Positions 30,918 to 39,629 of a stretch of 64,000 nucleotides of DNA are shown piece by piece (the first letter of the stretch is position 1; every line of letters starts with the position of its first letter). The DNA is from Planctomycetota bacterium (GTDB lineage Bacteria > Planctomycetota > SZUA-567 > H5-PLA8): NCBI GenBank assembly GCA_026184295.1, contig JAHCJK010000006.1, positions 4,891 through 68,890 of the forward strand, given 5' to 3'. The notes under the pieces are model-generated. The model was given only the letters and a program-made list of their open reading frames with translations, searched no databases and was not told where the DNA came from. The position numbers were made by a program, and so were the translations under genes.

Positions 30918-31990
30918 CGGACGGCAAGGCGCCCGACGCCTTCGACGCCTTCGACGCCTTCGTGCGGCGGGCCGGTTCGGCCGCGACGCCCCCGCCGGGG
31001 CTGCGCGACCGCATCCGCGCGCGCCTGGACGCCGCGGACCGCGAGGTCGCGTCGGACCTCGACCGCCAGGCGTTGCACGCGTTTCTGGACGGGCAACTGC
31101 CGCCCGGCGAAGCCTCCAAGGTTCGGGAACGCGCCGGCGAAGACCCGAACCGTTCGAAAGAAATGGAGGCGGAGCGAGCCTTCCTCGCGATGGTCAAGAA
31201 AGCCAGCGCGCGAACGGCCGCGCCGGAGGGCTTTCGCGAACGGCTTGCGGGTACGCTCGGGAAAGAGTACGCGCATCCGCCGGAAAAACCCGCCGCCGCC
31301 GAACCCGCTCCCGCCGTAGCTCCGGTTCCGCCCGCGAAAGAACCGCGCCGCGAGGCCGAGGCGCCCAAGGTCGTGCGCGGGCACTTCGGCCGGCGCGCCT
31401 TCCTCGGGGCGCTCGCCGCCTGCGTGCTCGCGGCGGCCGGCGTCTACATCTACCAGCAGGCGACGATGCAGTGCCCGTACATCCTCGGCTGCGTCGATCA
31501 GCACCGCGCGATCCTGGAAGGCAAGGAGAAGCTGGCGGTCGCCGGCGCCGACCCCGAAAAGATCGTGGAATTCGTCCGCGCCAACGCCGACCGCACGCTG
31601 GCCGCGCTGCCGGACCTGAGCGCCTTCGGGCTCGAACCGGTCGGGGCGGGCATCGCGCCGTTCTCGAACCTGCCCGCCGACTGGAAGGCCCCCCAGGGCG
31701 CCTACGTGGAACTGAAGGGCCCGCAGTCCGAGGTCGCCACGCTGATCGTCCATCCGTGGCTCGAAGAAGAACCGATGGACGTGAGCATGAAGATGATCGC
31801 CGGGCGCCGCTACTGGTTCGCCGACCACCACGGCTACCGCGCGGCCGGCTGGAAGCTGAAGAACGGCGTCCTGGTCATCCTGGTCAGCAAGCGCAGCATG
31901 GACGAGATCAAGAAGCTGGCCGTGAAGGCCTACGCCAGCATGGAACCCCAGTCCGCCGCCCTGGAATCCCCCGCGCGCCCGCCGCTGTAA
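30914..31990 (+). CDS. Putative membrane-spanning anti-sigma factor
   Basis: ATGA overlap with the sigma-factor stop (30914-30917). Cytoplasmic N-terminus (...LHAFLDGQLPPGEASKV...), Pro/Ala linker, one transmembrane segment (AFLGALAACVLAAAGVYIY) and an extracytoplasmic domain of about 200 aa. The call rests on position and topology. Confidence 0.65.
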   Translation: MTDGKAPDAFDAFDAFVRRAGSAATPPPGLRDRIRARLDAADREVASDLDRQALHAFLDGQLPPGEASKVRERAGEDPNRSKEMEAERAFLAMVKKASARTAAPEGFRERLAGTLGKEYAHPPEKPAAAEPAPAVAPVPPAKEPRREAEAPKVVRGHFGRRAFLGALAACVLAAAGVYIYQQATMQCPYILGCVDQHRAILEGKEKLAVAGADPEKIVEFVRANADRTLAALPDLSAFGLEPVGAGIAPFSNLPADWKAPQGAYVELKGPQSEVATLIVHPWLEEEPMDVSMKMIAGRRYWFADHHGYRAAGWKLKNGVLVILVSKRSMDEIKKLAVKAYASMEPQSAALESPARPPL

Positions 31991-32105
31991 CACCGTCCTT
32001 AGTTTGAATCTGTCATCAGCATACGTATCATCTACCCTCTGCATGCCGCACTACGATCCGGTTCGGCGTTGTCACTTTTGGGTTTATCCGGGGTGGGTGT
32101 ATCTC

Positions 32106-33977
32106 ATGGCTTCCGGCGGCGCGCACATTCATCACGTCCTGCATACCCTGGCCCGGCGGGTCTCCGCCTGCACCGGCCTGCCCGACGAGAAGATTCTGGG
32201 CATGCTGCGCCCGCCGCCCAAGGCGGAAATGGGCGACTACGCCTTTCCCTGCTTCGAACTGGCCAAGGAAAAGAAGAAGGCCCCGCCGGTCCTGGCGAAG
32301 GAACTCGCCGAGGTCCTGATCCGCGACGTGGAACTCGCGCAGGTCGTCCACCGCGTCGAAGCCGAGGGCCCGTTCCTGAACTTCCACGCGCAGCGCGGGG
32401 TGCTCTGTTCCGCCGTCCTGCGCAAGGTCTGCGACCCGACGGCCCCGTACGCGCAGAGCGGCGAGGGCGCGGGCAAGACGATCGTCATCGACTACAGCGC
32501 GCCGAACATCGCCAAGCCCTTCCACGTCGGGCACCTGATGAGCACCGTGCTGGGCGCGTCGCTGGTGCGCATCCACCGGCTGCTGGGCTACAAGGTCGAA
32601 GGCGTGAACCACCTGGGCGACTGGGGCACGCAGTGCGGCTACCAGTTCCTGGCGTGGCAGCGCGCCGACCCCAAGGTCCGCGAGGAACAGCTCGCCGCGC
32701 GCGGCCTGGAGTACCTCGTGGAACTGTACGTCGGGATCAATCAGCCGGCCAAGACGATCAAGGGCCTGGAAGAGGAACTGCTCGACAAGAACATCGCCGT
32801 GCAGCCCGATATGCGCGCCAAGCTCGAGGCCCAGATCGCGGAGCGGAAGCCCGCCGCGGACGAGATCGACCGCGAAGCGCGCGCGCTCTTCAAGAAGCTC
32901 GAGGACGGCGACGCCGAACTGCGCGCGCTCTGGCTGCGCATGCGCGAGACCACGCTGGCCGTCCTGCAGAAATCGTACGACCGCCTGGGCGTCTCGTTCG
33001 AAAGCAGCGCGGGCGAGGGCTTTTACGAAGAGTACATGAAGAAGATGGTCAAGGAGCTGAAGGACGGCGGCAAGCTGACCTTCAGCGAGGGCGCGTGGGT
33101 GATCCCGCTTTCGGAAGAAGGCGCGAAGAAAAAGCGCCCGCCCTTCATCATCATCAAGAGCGACGGCGGCACGAAGTACGACACGCGCGACCTGGCCGCG
33201 GCGATCTACCGCAAGGAGACGTACGGTTTTTACAAGAACCTGTACGTGGTCAGCGTCCCCCAGTCGGCGCACTTCGAAGGCCTGTTCCTGGCGCTCGAGA
33301 AACTCGGGCACGCCTGGGCGAAAGACTGCGTGCACGTCAGCTTCGGGATCATGCAGATCAAGGAAGGCGACGAGACGCTGCCCATGAGCACGCGCAGCGG
33401 CCGCATGATCCCGCTCAACGAACTGCTCGACACGATGGTGGAGATCGTCCGCAAGATCGTCGAGGAGAAGAACCCCGAACTGCCCGCGGCGCAGAAGGCC
33501 GTGGTGGCCGAGGCCGTCGGCGTCGGCGCGATCGTCTTCTGGATCCAGTCTCGCCGGCGCACCAGCAACATCGTCTTCGACTGGAAAGGCGCGACGAGCC
33601 CCGAGGGCGACACGGGCCCGTACGTCCAGTACACCCACGCGCGCGCGTGCAGCATCCTGCGCAAGTTCGGCGCGAAGGTCCCGCTCCAGGCCGACCTGAC
33701 GCTGCTCGTGGAAAACGAGGAACTGGCCGTCTGCAAGCAGCTCGAACGCTTCCCCGCCGTCGTGCAGGACGCCGCCGCCGGCTACGAACCGTCCCTGATC
33801 GCCACGTGGCTGCTGGAAACTTCGCGCGCCTTCAACGACTTCTACAACAAGCACCAGGTCCTGAAGGCCGAGCACCTGAACCTGATGCAGGCGCGCCTGG
33901 TCCTGGTGGACGCCACCCGCGCGATGCTCGCCAAGGGCCTGGGCCTGCTGGGGATCAGCGCCCCAGAAGAGATGTAA
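32106..33977 (+). CDS. argS: Arginine--tRNA ligase
   Basis: Start trimmed to MASGGAHIHH (ATG at 32106). HIGH motif SAPNIAKPFHVGHLMST, GDWGTQCGY, MSTRSG (KMSKS equivalent) and a C-terminal DALR anticodon-binding domain. Confidence 0.95.
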   Translation: MASGGAHIHHVLHTLARRVSACTGLPDEKILGMLRPPPKAEMGDYAFPCFELAKEKKKAPPVLAKELAEVLIRDVELAQVVHRVEAEGPFLNFHAQRGVLCSAVLRKVCDPTAPYAQSGEGAGKTIVIDYSAPNIAKPFHVGHLMSTVLGASLVRIHRLLGYKVEGVNHLGDWGTQCGYQFLAWQRADPKVREEQLAARGLEYLVELYVGINQPAKTIKGLEEELLDKNIAVQPDMRAKLEAQIAERKPAADEIDREARALFKKLEDGDAELRALWLRMRETTLAVLQKSYDRLGVSFESSAGEGFYEEYMKKMVKELKDGGKLTFSEGAWVIPLSEEGAKKKRPPFIIIKSDGGTKYDTRDLAAAIYRKETYGFYKNLYVVSVPQSAHFEGLFLALEKLGHAWAKDCVHVSFGIMQIKEGDETLPMSTRSGRMIPLNELLDTMVEIVRKIVEEKNPELPAAQKAVVAEAVGVGAIVFWIQSRRRTSNIVFDWKGATSPEGDTGPYVQYTHARACSILRKFGAKVPLQADLTLLVENEELAVCKQLERFPAVVQDAAAGYEPSLIATWLLETSRAFNDFYNKHQVLKAEHLNLMQARLVLVDATRAMLAKGLGLLGISAPEEM

Positions 33978-34037
33978 GGCTTTTCGAATCCTATCATTTG
34001 TAGTAGGATAAAGTGTGGGAGAAATGGAGTACTGAAT

Positions 34038-35213
34038 ATGCTTTTGCACTTGGGCCTTAAAAACTTTCGTTCTTTGAAACACGTAAATATAAAATTTACC
34101 TCGCCAATGAGTGTTATTATTGGCGCTAACAACACCGGAAAGAGTTCAATACTCCAAGCTATTAACATGTTGCATGCATTTTCTATCGGTCGCCTGAGTG
34201 AAGTATTTAGCGGCTTAAATGGAATAGATCTAATTAAGAGCATTGGATTAGACTCGCCAATCGAATTCTTCGTAATTCTTGAAGGTCATTCTCAAAATGG
34301 TTACGCAGTGCAATTTGAATATAGACTCGAAGTAACAATGCAAGACATAACTGGGTTAACTGTTCGTAGCGAAGAGCTCTTGCGCAGAATATCTGATGGC
34401 ACCGTGGAGCAGTTGCTTAATCGCGCTCCTGGGCAATCTCACTGGACCTATCTTGATGAAGCGAGCCAAAAATCAGAGAGCTATCATGGTGATCCAACAA
34501 CACATGCGCTTCCTCACCTTCAGGATCGTATAAAAAATAGACACATACAAGAGTTCAAGGCGCTCCTATCATCAGGCTGGGTGATGGATATTCAGCCTCG
34601 AAATATGCGCACTATTTCACCTGTTAGACCTAATACTATGATATCCTGGGACGGAAGTAATCTTGCAACAGTACTTGATGGACTTTTGGGTGAGCACCCA
34701 GAGGCGTTTTATCAATGGAAGAAGGATCTAGCCAGATTAGCTCCAGAAATTAAGGAGGTTTTGCTTCGCTCAACTGATGATGGGAAAAAGTACGTTGTAT
34801 TCCGTGAAAATAATCTAACTGAACCAATTTCAATTTTTCAAGCCAGTGATGGCTTGTTACGAATAATGGCGATTCTTGCTGCGTTACATTCGTCTTGGAA
34901 GCCAAATCTCTTAGCTATAGAAGAACCAGAAAATGGCATTCATCCCCGTCGACTCGAACAAGTGGTTGACCTGCTAAGGTCATACTCTGAAGGGACAACG
35001 GATGGTATTCGACGACAGGTAATAATTACAACCCACTCTCCCTATTTAATCGATGAAGTACATCCTGACGAAATATTCTTAACTTCCAAAGACGAAACAG
35101 GAGTATCCATTCGACCAATCGAGGACAAGGCACTTCTTGAAAAGCTATTAGAAGACGCAACGCTTGGCGAAATTTGGCATAGAGGTTCTGTCGGAGGTGT
35201 TCCGACGTTATGA
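34038..35213 (+). CDS. ABC-type (AAA_21/AAA_15-like, OLD/AriA-like) ATPase
   Basis: 391 aa. Walker A IIGANNTGKSS (34122-34145), WDGSNLATVLDGLL, signature-like FQASDGLLRIMAILAAL, Walker B/D-loop LLAIEEPENGIHP (34911-34946), H-loop VIITTHSP. Confidence 0.8.
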   Translation: MLLHLGLKNFRSLKHVNIKFTSPMSVIIGANNTGKSSILQAINMLHAFSIGRLSEVFSGLNGIDLIKSIGLDSPIEFFVILEGHSQNGYAVQFEYRLEVTMQDITGLTVRSEELLRRISDGTVEQLLNRAPGQSHWTYLDEASQKSESYHGDPTTHALPHLQDRIKNRHIQEFKALLSSGWVMDIQPRNMRTISPVRPNTMISWDGSNLATVLDGLLGEHPEAFYQWKKDLARLAPEIKEVLLRSTDDGKKYVVFRENNLTEPISIFQASDGLLRIMAILAALHSSWKPNLLAIEEPENGIHPRRLEQVVDLLRSYSEGTTDGIRRQVIITTHSPYLIDEVHPDEIFLTSKDETGVSIRPIEDKALLEKLLEDATLGEIWHRGSVGGVPTL

Positions 35214-35749
35214 AGATTGGAATTTGGGTTGAGGGCTTTACGGACTCCGCATTTTTCCCTACAATTGCAAAGAGAATATTGGGGGAAGAACATGAACAAG
35301 TGATTCGAGATCGGCGTGGTGGCTGCATCCACCAAATGCACATTGGATTGCCCAAAGCAATTAAAGAATTTTCCATCCACAATTGCTCTCATATTCTAAT
35401 ATGTGCAGACAACCACAGAACTTCTCCTGGTCTTGCCGCGAAAAAGAAATCTGATGCCATAGCTATGACTATGGGCAAGCCAACTATTGTTGCAGTTGCT
35501 CTTGAAAGCTTGGAGGCCTGGATGCTGGCTGATTATGTTTGTCTAAGTCGGATTCTAAACATTCCAAACATTAACAAGCCCCCAAAGGTAGAAGGGATTA
35601 GCGATCCCAAGAACTATTTAAAAAGTGTTTGTGGAACCTATCCAACAAATCAACAAATAGTGGAAATTGCTAGTTCAATGTCCTTGGAAGTAAGAAGGGA
35701 AGTTCCAAGTTTTGACCTGTTTCTTCGTGACTTAGATGGATGGTTGTAG
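35210..35749 (+). CDS. DUF4276-family protein (Toprim-like fold suspected)
   Basis: 179 aa. ATGA overlap with the upstream ATPase gene. N-terminal MKIGIWVEGFTDSAFF (strand + conserved Glu at 35231-35233), HILICADNH, and VALESLEAWMLAD (35504-35533). This is the pattern I recognise for DUF4276, which typically partners with an AAA_21-type ATPase. Confidence 0.65.
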   Translation: MKIGIWVEGFTDSAFFPTIAKRILGEEHEQVIRDRRGGCIHQMHIGLPKAIKEFSIHNCSHILICADNHRTSPGLAAKKKSDAIAMTMGKPTIVAVALESLEAWMLADYVCLSRILNIPNINKPPKVEGISDPKNYLKSVCGTYPTNQQIVEIASSMSLEVRREVPSFDLFLRDLDGWL

Positions 35750-35781
35750 TGGTTTTCCCTGCCGTACGTCGAGGAGACACC

Positions 35782-36801
35782 ATGCTGATCGTACTCAAGC
35801 CCGATGCCACCCACGCGCAGGTCGAGAAGGTCTGCGCGGAGGTCAAGAAGCAGGGCTTTCAGCCGCATCCCATGCCGGGCGCGGGGCGCACGGCCATCGG
35901 GATCACCGGCAACAAAGGCCCGGTCAACCCGCTGCCGTACGAGGCGTTGCCGGGCGTCGAGCAGTGCATCCCGGTCACCAAGGCGTACAAGCTGGTCCTG
36001 CGCGAGATGAAGCCCGAGGGCACGCGCTTCAAGATCAAGGGCACCGAAGTCGGCGGCGGGAAGAACTTCACCATCATCGCCGGGCCGTGCTCGGTCGAAT
36101 CGGCCAAGCAGATGACGGCGGTCGCGAAGTTCCTCAAGGACCAGGGCGTTCACATCCTGCGCGGCGGCGCGTTCAAGCCCCGCACGAGCCCCTACAGCTT
36201 CCAGGGGCTGGAAGACGAAGGCCTGGCGATCCTGAAGGAAGTCGGCGAGAAGGAAAAGATCGCCACGATCACCGAGGTGATGGACACGGCCGCGGTCGAG
36301 GCCGTCGAGGCCAGCGCGGACGTGCTCCAGATCGGCGCGCGCAACATGCAGAACTTCTCGCTGCTCAAGCGCGTCGGCAAGGCCAAGGCCCCGGTCTTCC
36401 TCAAGCGCGGCATGTCCGCGACGCTCGAAGAGTTCCTGCTCGCGGCGGAGTACGTCCTGCACGGCGGCAACCATGGCGTGATTCTGTGCGAGCGCGGCGT
36501 GCGCACCTTCGCCGACCACACCCGCAACACCCTGGACCTCTCGGTCGTGCCGAGCGTGCAGAAGCTTTCGCACCTGCCGATCTTCGTCGATCCCAGCCAC
36601 GCGATCGGCAAGCGCGAGTTCGTCGAACCGATGGCCAAGGCCGCGCTGGCCTGCGGCGCCGACGGCCTGATGGTCGAAGTGAGCGACGATCCCGACCACG
36701 CGCTCTCCGACGGCGCGCAGACGCTCAGTTTCAAGGGGTTCGAACGCTTGTTGCAGGAGTTGAAGCCGCTGGCCACGGCCTTGGGCAGAAAAATCAATTA
36801 G
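35782..36801 (+). CDS. aroF: 3-deoxy-7-phosphoheptulonate (DAHP) synthase, class I-beta, with N-terminal regulatory extension
   Basis: Start trimmed to MLIVLKPDAT (ATG at 35782, gaggagacacc RBS). IAGPCSVES, LRGGAFKPRTSPYSFQGL, IGARNMQN, CERGVRTF, DPSH. Confidence 0.9.
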   Translation: MLIVLKPDATHAQVEKVCAEVKKQGFQPHPMPGAGRTAIGITGNKGPVNPLPYEALPGVEQCIPVTKAYKLVLREMKPEGTRFKIKGTEVGGGKNFTIIAGPCSVESAKQMTAVAKFLKDQGVHILRGGAFKPRTSPYSFQGLEDEGLAILKEVGEKEKIATITEVMDTAAVEAVEASADVLQIGARNMQNFSLLKRVGKAKAPVFLKRGMSATLEEFLLAAEYVLHGGNHGVILCERGVRTFADHTRNTLDLSVVPSVQKLSHLPIFVDPSHAIGKREFVEPMAKAALACGADGLMVEVSDDPDHALSDGAQTLSFKGFERLLQELKPLATALGRKIN

Positions 36802-36922
36802 TAAGGATTGCGGAAAGGCACGTTGTGTCGTAAGCGTTATATTATAAGAAGCTGTCCGACCTTCTTAACTTGAAGCCACATCCATAGTAGCACGCAAATC
36901 GACGCCGGGGGGGCCTCCGAAC

Positions 36923-37744
36923 ATGCCGACTCTTGAAGCGGAACTTATTGGCGAAACCCTGTGGATCACGGGGAACGTGGACCGCTCCATGGAAAAAGAT
37001 CTGACCACGGCGCTCGAAAAGTTCGTGCGCGAAGGGCGCATCGACCACGCCATCGTGGACATGTCGAACGTGAACTACTTCGCCAGCTCGGCGGCCAAGG
37101 TGCTGATCGGCGTCGCGCAGGACATCGAAGCCAAGGGCAACAAACTCAAGGTCCGCTCCTCGATGCCCGTCGTCCAGACGCTGAACCTGCTCGGCGCGCG
37201 GACCTGGCTCGAGATCGAACCCTGCCAGAAGCCCAACGCCAAGCCCGCGGGCGCGCCGGCGGCCAAGGAGAAGACCTCCGCGACCAGCATCGCGCCGGTC
37301 TCGCGCACGTCGTCCACGGGCATTCAGCCGGCGACCGCGCAGGCCAAGGGCGGCACGGGCACGTACACGCCCACGGTTCACCTCAAGCCTGCCGCGCCCG
37401 AACCTCCCAAGACGCCGACCGGCAACACGACGCAGGTGCTGAAGGCCCACGCCAGCGGCGTTCGGCAGGCCATCAGCGGTTCGGAAAAGGCCGAGGAGGC
37501 CGTCTCGACGGCCGCCGACCGGGCTGGCGCGCTCCTGATCGAAGACGAGATGGAACTCGACGAAGACTACGGCGTGCTGCGTGAACTGGTGGTAATGGCC
37601 ACCTATACGTTCCGCTTCGCCAACGGCACCGACCTGACCGGCAAAGTGCTCGATCACATCAGCGGCCCGTGGATTCTGATCGATACGCGCGGCGCCAAGC
37701 GCATGGTCAACGTCGGCACCGTCTCGAGCATCGACATCCTGTAA
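36923..37744 (+). CDS. STAS-domain (anti-sigma-antagonist-like) protein with Pro/Ala/Thr linker and unknown C-terminal domain
   Basis: The N-terminal roughly 100 aa (LWITGNVDRSMEKDLTTALEKF...IVDMSNVNYFASSAAKVLIGV...LKVRSSMPVVQTLNLLG) have the STAS pattern. The remainder is unassigned. Confidence 0.55.
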   Translation: MPTLEAELIGETLWITGNVDRSMEKDLTTALEKFVREGRIDHAIVDMSNVNYFASSAAKVLIGVAQDIEAKGNKLKVRSSMPVVQTLNLLGARTWLEIEPCQKPNAKPAGAPAAKEKTSATSIAPVSRTSSTGIQPATAQAKGGTGTYTPTVHLKPAAPEPPKTPTGNTTQVLKAHASGVRQAISGSEKAEEAVSTAADRAGALLIEDEMELDEDYGVLRELVVMATYTFRFANGTDLTGKVLDHISGPWILIDTRGAKRMVNVGTVSSIDIL

Positions 37745-37774
37745 GCGGCTCTACTCCAGCGACTGCAACTCCAA

Positions 37775-37806
37775 CAAAAAACCCTCCCGGCTCGGGAGGG
37801 TTTTTT
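37775..37806. terminator. Bidirectional rho-independent terminator
   Basis: aaaaaaa-ccctcccg-gct-cgggaggg-tttttt: a perfect 8 bp GC stem flanked by A7 and T6, between the convergent genes 36923..37744 (+) and dnaN (-). Confidence 0.9.
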
Positions 37807-37832
37807 CATGCGTACGCCGAATGGTTTCTGCT

Positions 37833-38954
37833 TCAGTCCTTGGCGCTTACCGGCATCAGGACGTACAGGAAGTCGCTGCCTTCGCGAATCACGCCGGGGC
37901 GGGAGCTGTCCTTCATCTCCATGCGCAGCGTCTCTTCGTTCAGCACCTTGAGCGCGTCCTGCACGTACTGCGGATTGAAGGCGATGCCGATCTTGTCGCC
38001 GCCGAATTCGACTTCGACGGTGACGGCGGCCACGCCCTTGTCGGGGCTGCGCGCTTCGATCAGCAGCGTGCCGGGCGTGAAGGTAAGCGATACCGTGCGC
38101 GTGTCGTCGCTGGTCAGGTAGGCGGCCTTGCGCAGCGCCTGCAGGACGGCCTCGCGCTTGAACGTGGCCTCGCGGTCGCTGTCCTTGGGGATCACCTGCT
38201 GGTACTTGGGGAAGATGCCTTCGACGACCAGGCTGGAGAGCGTGGTCGCGGCGTCTTCCTTGCCGCCGCGCACGAGCACCGAGCGCCCGCGCACCGCGAG
38301 TTCGATGTTCTCGCCTTCGGCCATGCGCCCGCAGAGCTTGCGGATCTCCTGCATCATCTTGATGGGCACGATCACGCCTTCGTCGATGCCGCCGCCGGCC
38401 TTGAGCTTGCGCTTGCAGTAGGCCAGGCGCCGCCCGTCGGTGGCGACGAGTTCGAGCAGCTTGTCCTTGTACTGCACGAAGACGCCGTTGATCGCGTAGC
38501 GGCCCTGCTCGCGCGCCGCGGCGAAGACCGTGCGGTCGATCATCTGGCCCAGTTCGGAGGCCGGCACGCTGACGCTGGCGCCTTCGCCCAGTTCGGGGAC
38601 TTCGGGGAAGTCGGAGGACTCCTGCCCGAGAATCTCGAAGCGGTCGCGCCCGATCTTCAGGATGCCCTTGCTGCCTTCGGTCTCGAGCGTCACGACGTCC
38701 TCGCTGCATTCCTTCAGCAGGCCGGCGAGCGTGCCGCAGGGCAGGCAGAGCGAGGCGGGGTCTTTGACCGATTCGGCTTTGAACTTGTAGCGCAAACCAA
38801 CCTCCAGGTCGGTCGCGCGAATCTCAAGTTCGCCGTCTTTGCTCGCGACGAGCAGGGCGTTCTTCAGATTCGGGCGCACGCTGCGCAGCGGAACGACCGC
38901 GGCGGCGGCATCGAGCGCGGCGAGGAAGGGTTCGCGTTTAACCACCAGTTTCAT
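37833..38954 (-). CDS. dnaN: DNA polymerase III beta sliding clamp
   Basis: 373 aa. MKLVVKREPFLAALDAAAAVVP.RS..P.L.N.LL......LEIRATDLEVGL, ...ATDGRRLA..., FNPQYVQDALK. Three-domain length. Confidence 0.9.
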   Translation of the reverse strand: MKLVVKREPFLAALDAAAAVVPLRSVRPNLKNALLVASKDGELEIRATDLEVGLRYKFKAESVKDPASLCLPCGTLAGLLKECSEDVVTLETEGSKGILKIGRDRFEILGQESSDFPEVPELGEGASVSVPASELGQMIDRTVFAAAREQGRYAINGVFVQYKDKLLELVATDGRRLAYCKRKLKAGGGIDEGVIVPIKMMQEIRKLCGRMAEGENIELAVRGRSVLVRGGKEDAATTLSSLVVEGIFPKYQQVIPKDSDREATFKREAVLQALRKAAYLTSDDTRTVSLTFTPGTLLIEARSPDKGVAAVTVEVEFGGDKIGIAFNPQYVQDALKVLNEETLRMEMKDSSRPGVIREGSDFLYVLMPVSAKD

Positions 38955-39629
38955 GAATCACCTCTAAGCGTTGTTGGGCCGTACGATGTTGTATGGTATT
39001 TAAAAATCATCAACATCAACATCAGGACCGACGAAAGCTGTGAATAACTGCTCCGCGACGGGCTTAACTTCCGTCACACGGAATCGTTACCGCCGACAAA
39101 CCGAGCGTGAGGCATCCGTGGAAAAGCGGTGTTATTCATCCCAGCATCGCCGTGGATGATCCGGATAACAGCCGCCGCTTCCTTTTCTAGGCGTAGGGCC
39201 GCCGCGCGGGCACAGGCACAAAGGGTCGAGTTCTGCTGGTCCATCTTAGGGTGCCTGGATGCGTTGGTCCGTTCGGAGGCCCTGTTGATCGCGGTGGAAA
39301 ACAACGCGCCTCACGAAATCTTCATCGAATCCCAATTCAATGGTTAAGGGACCGTAAAACGACGGTTCTCCACACCTAATTCACACGTGCCCGGCGCAAT
39401 TCGTTGGAGTCCGTGCGATTAAGCGCGGCAAAGTGGGCGGAGTCTATGCCATTTTTTGGGGTAGTCAAAGCCTTCTTACTACGTCTCTACCTAGGCGAAC
39501 CCCACCAACCGTTAGGGTGGTTTCGATGCGCTAGATGCCGTCTGTAAAACGCTTTCAAGCATCGAACCTTTGTGTTAGATTCGGGTCCCTTGCGGCTCAG
39601 CAAGGTCCCAGCCTTTCGAGGAGGTCCCT

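Larger units (their letters stand above)
33990..35760. other. AT-rich islet 2 (about 1.77 kb; a hand-sampled block gave about 37% GC, against about 73% in the adjacent argS 3' end)
   Basis: Composition switches within about 15 nt after the argS stop (33977) and within about 10 nt after the stop at 35749. It contains only the two overlapping ORFs listed next. Confidence 0.85.

Noticed and set aside
33978-34037. Possible target-site duplication or att-like direct repeat flanking AT-rich islet 2 (ggcttttcg on the left, ggttttccc at 35751-35759 on the right)
   Set aside because: Only about 6-7 loosely matching nucleotides are shared, which is well within chance. No integrase or tRNA gives it context.
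35026-35392. Two roughly 117 aa minus-strand ORFs inside islet 2 (a possible third cassette gene or antitoxin)
   Set aside because: Both lie antisense across the ORF1/ORF2 junction, lack RBSs and have odd composition. AT-rich DNA rarely keeps spurious frames open this long, so I noted them, but nothing supports translation.
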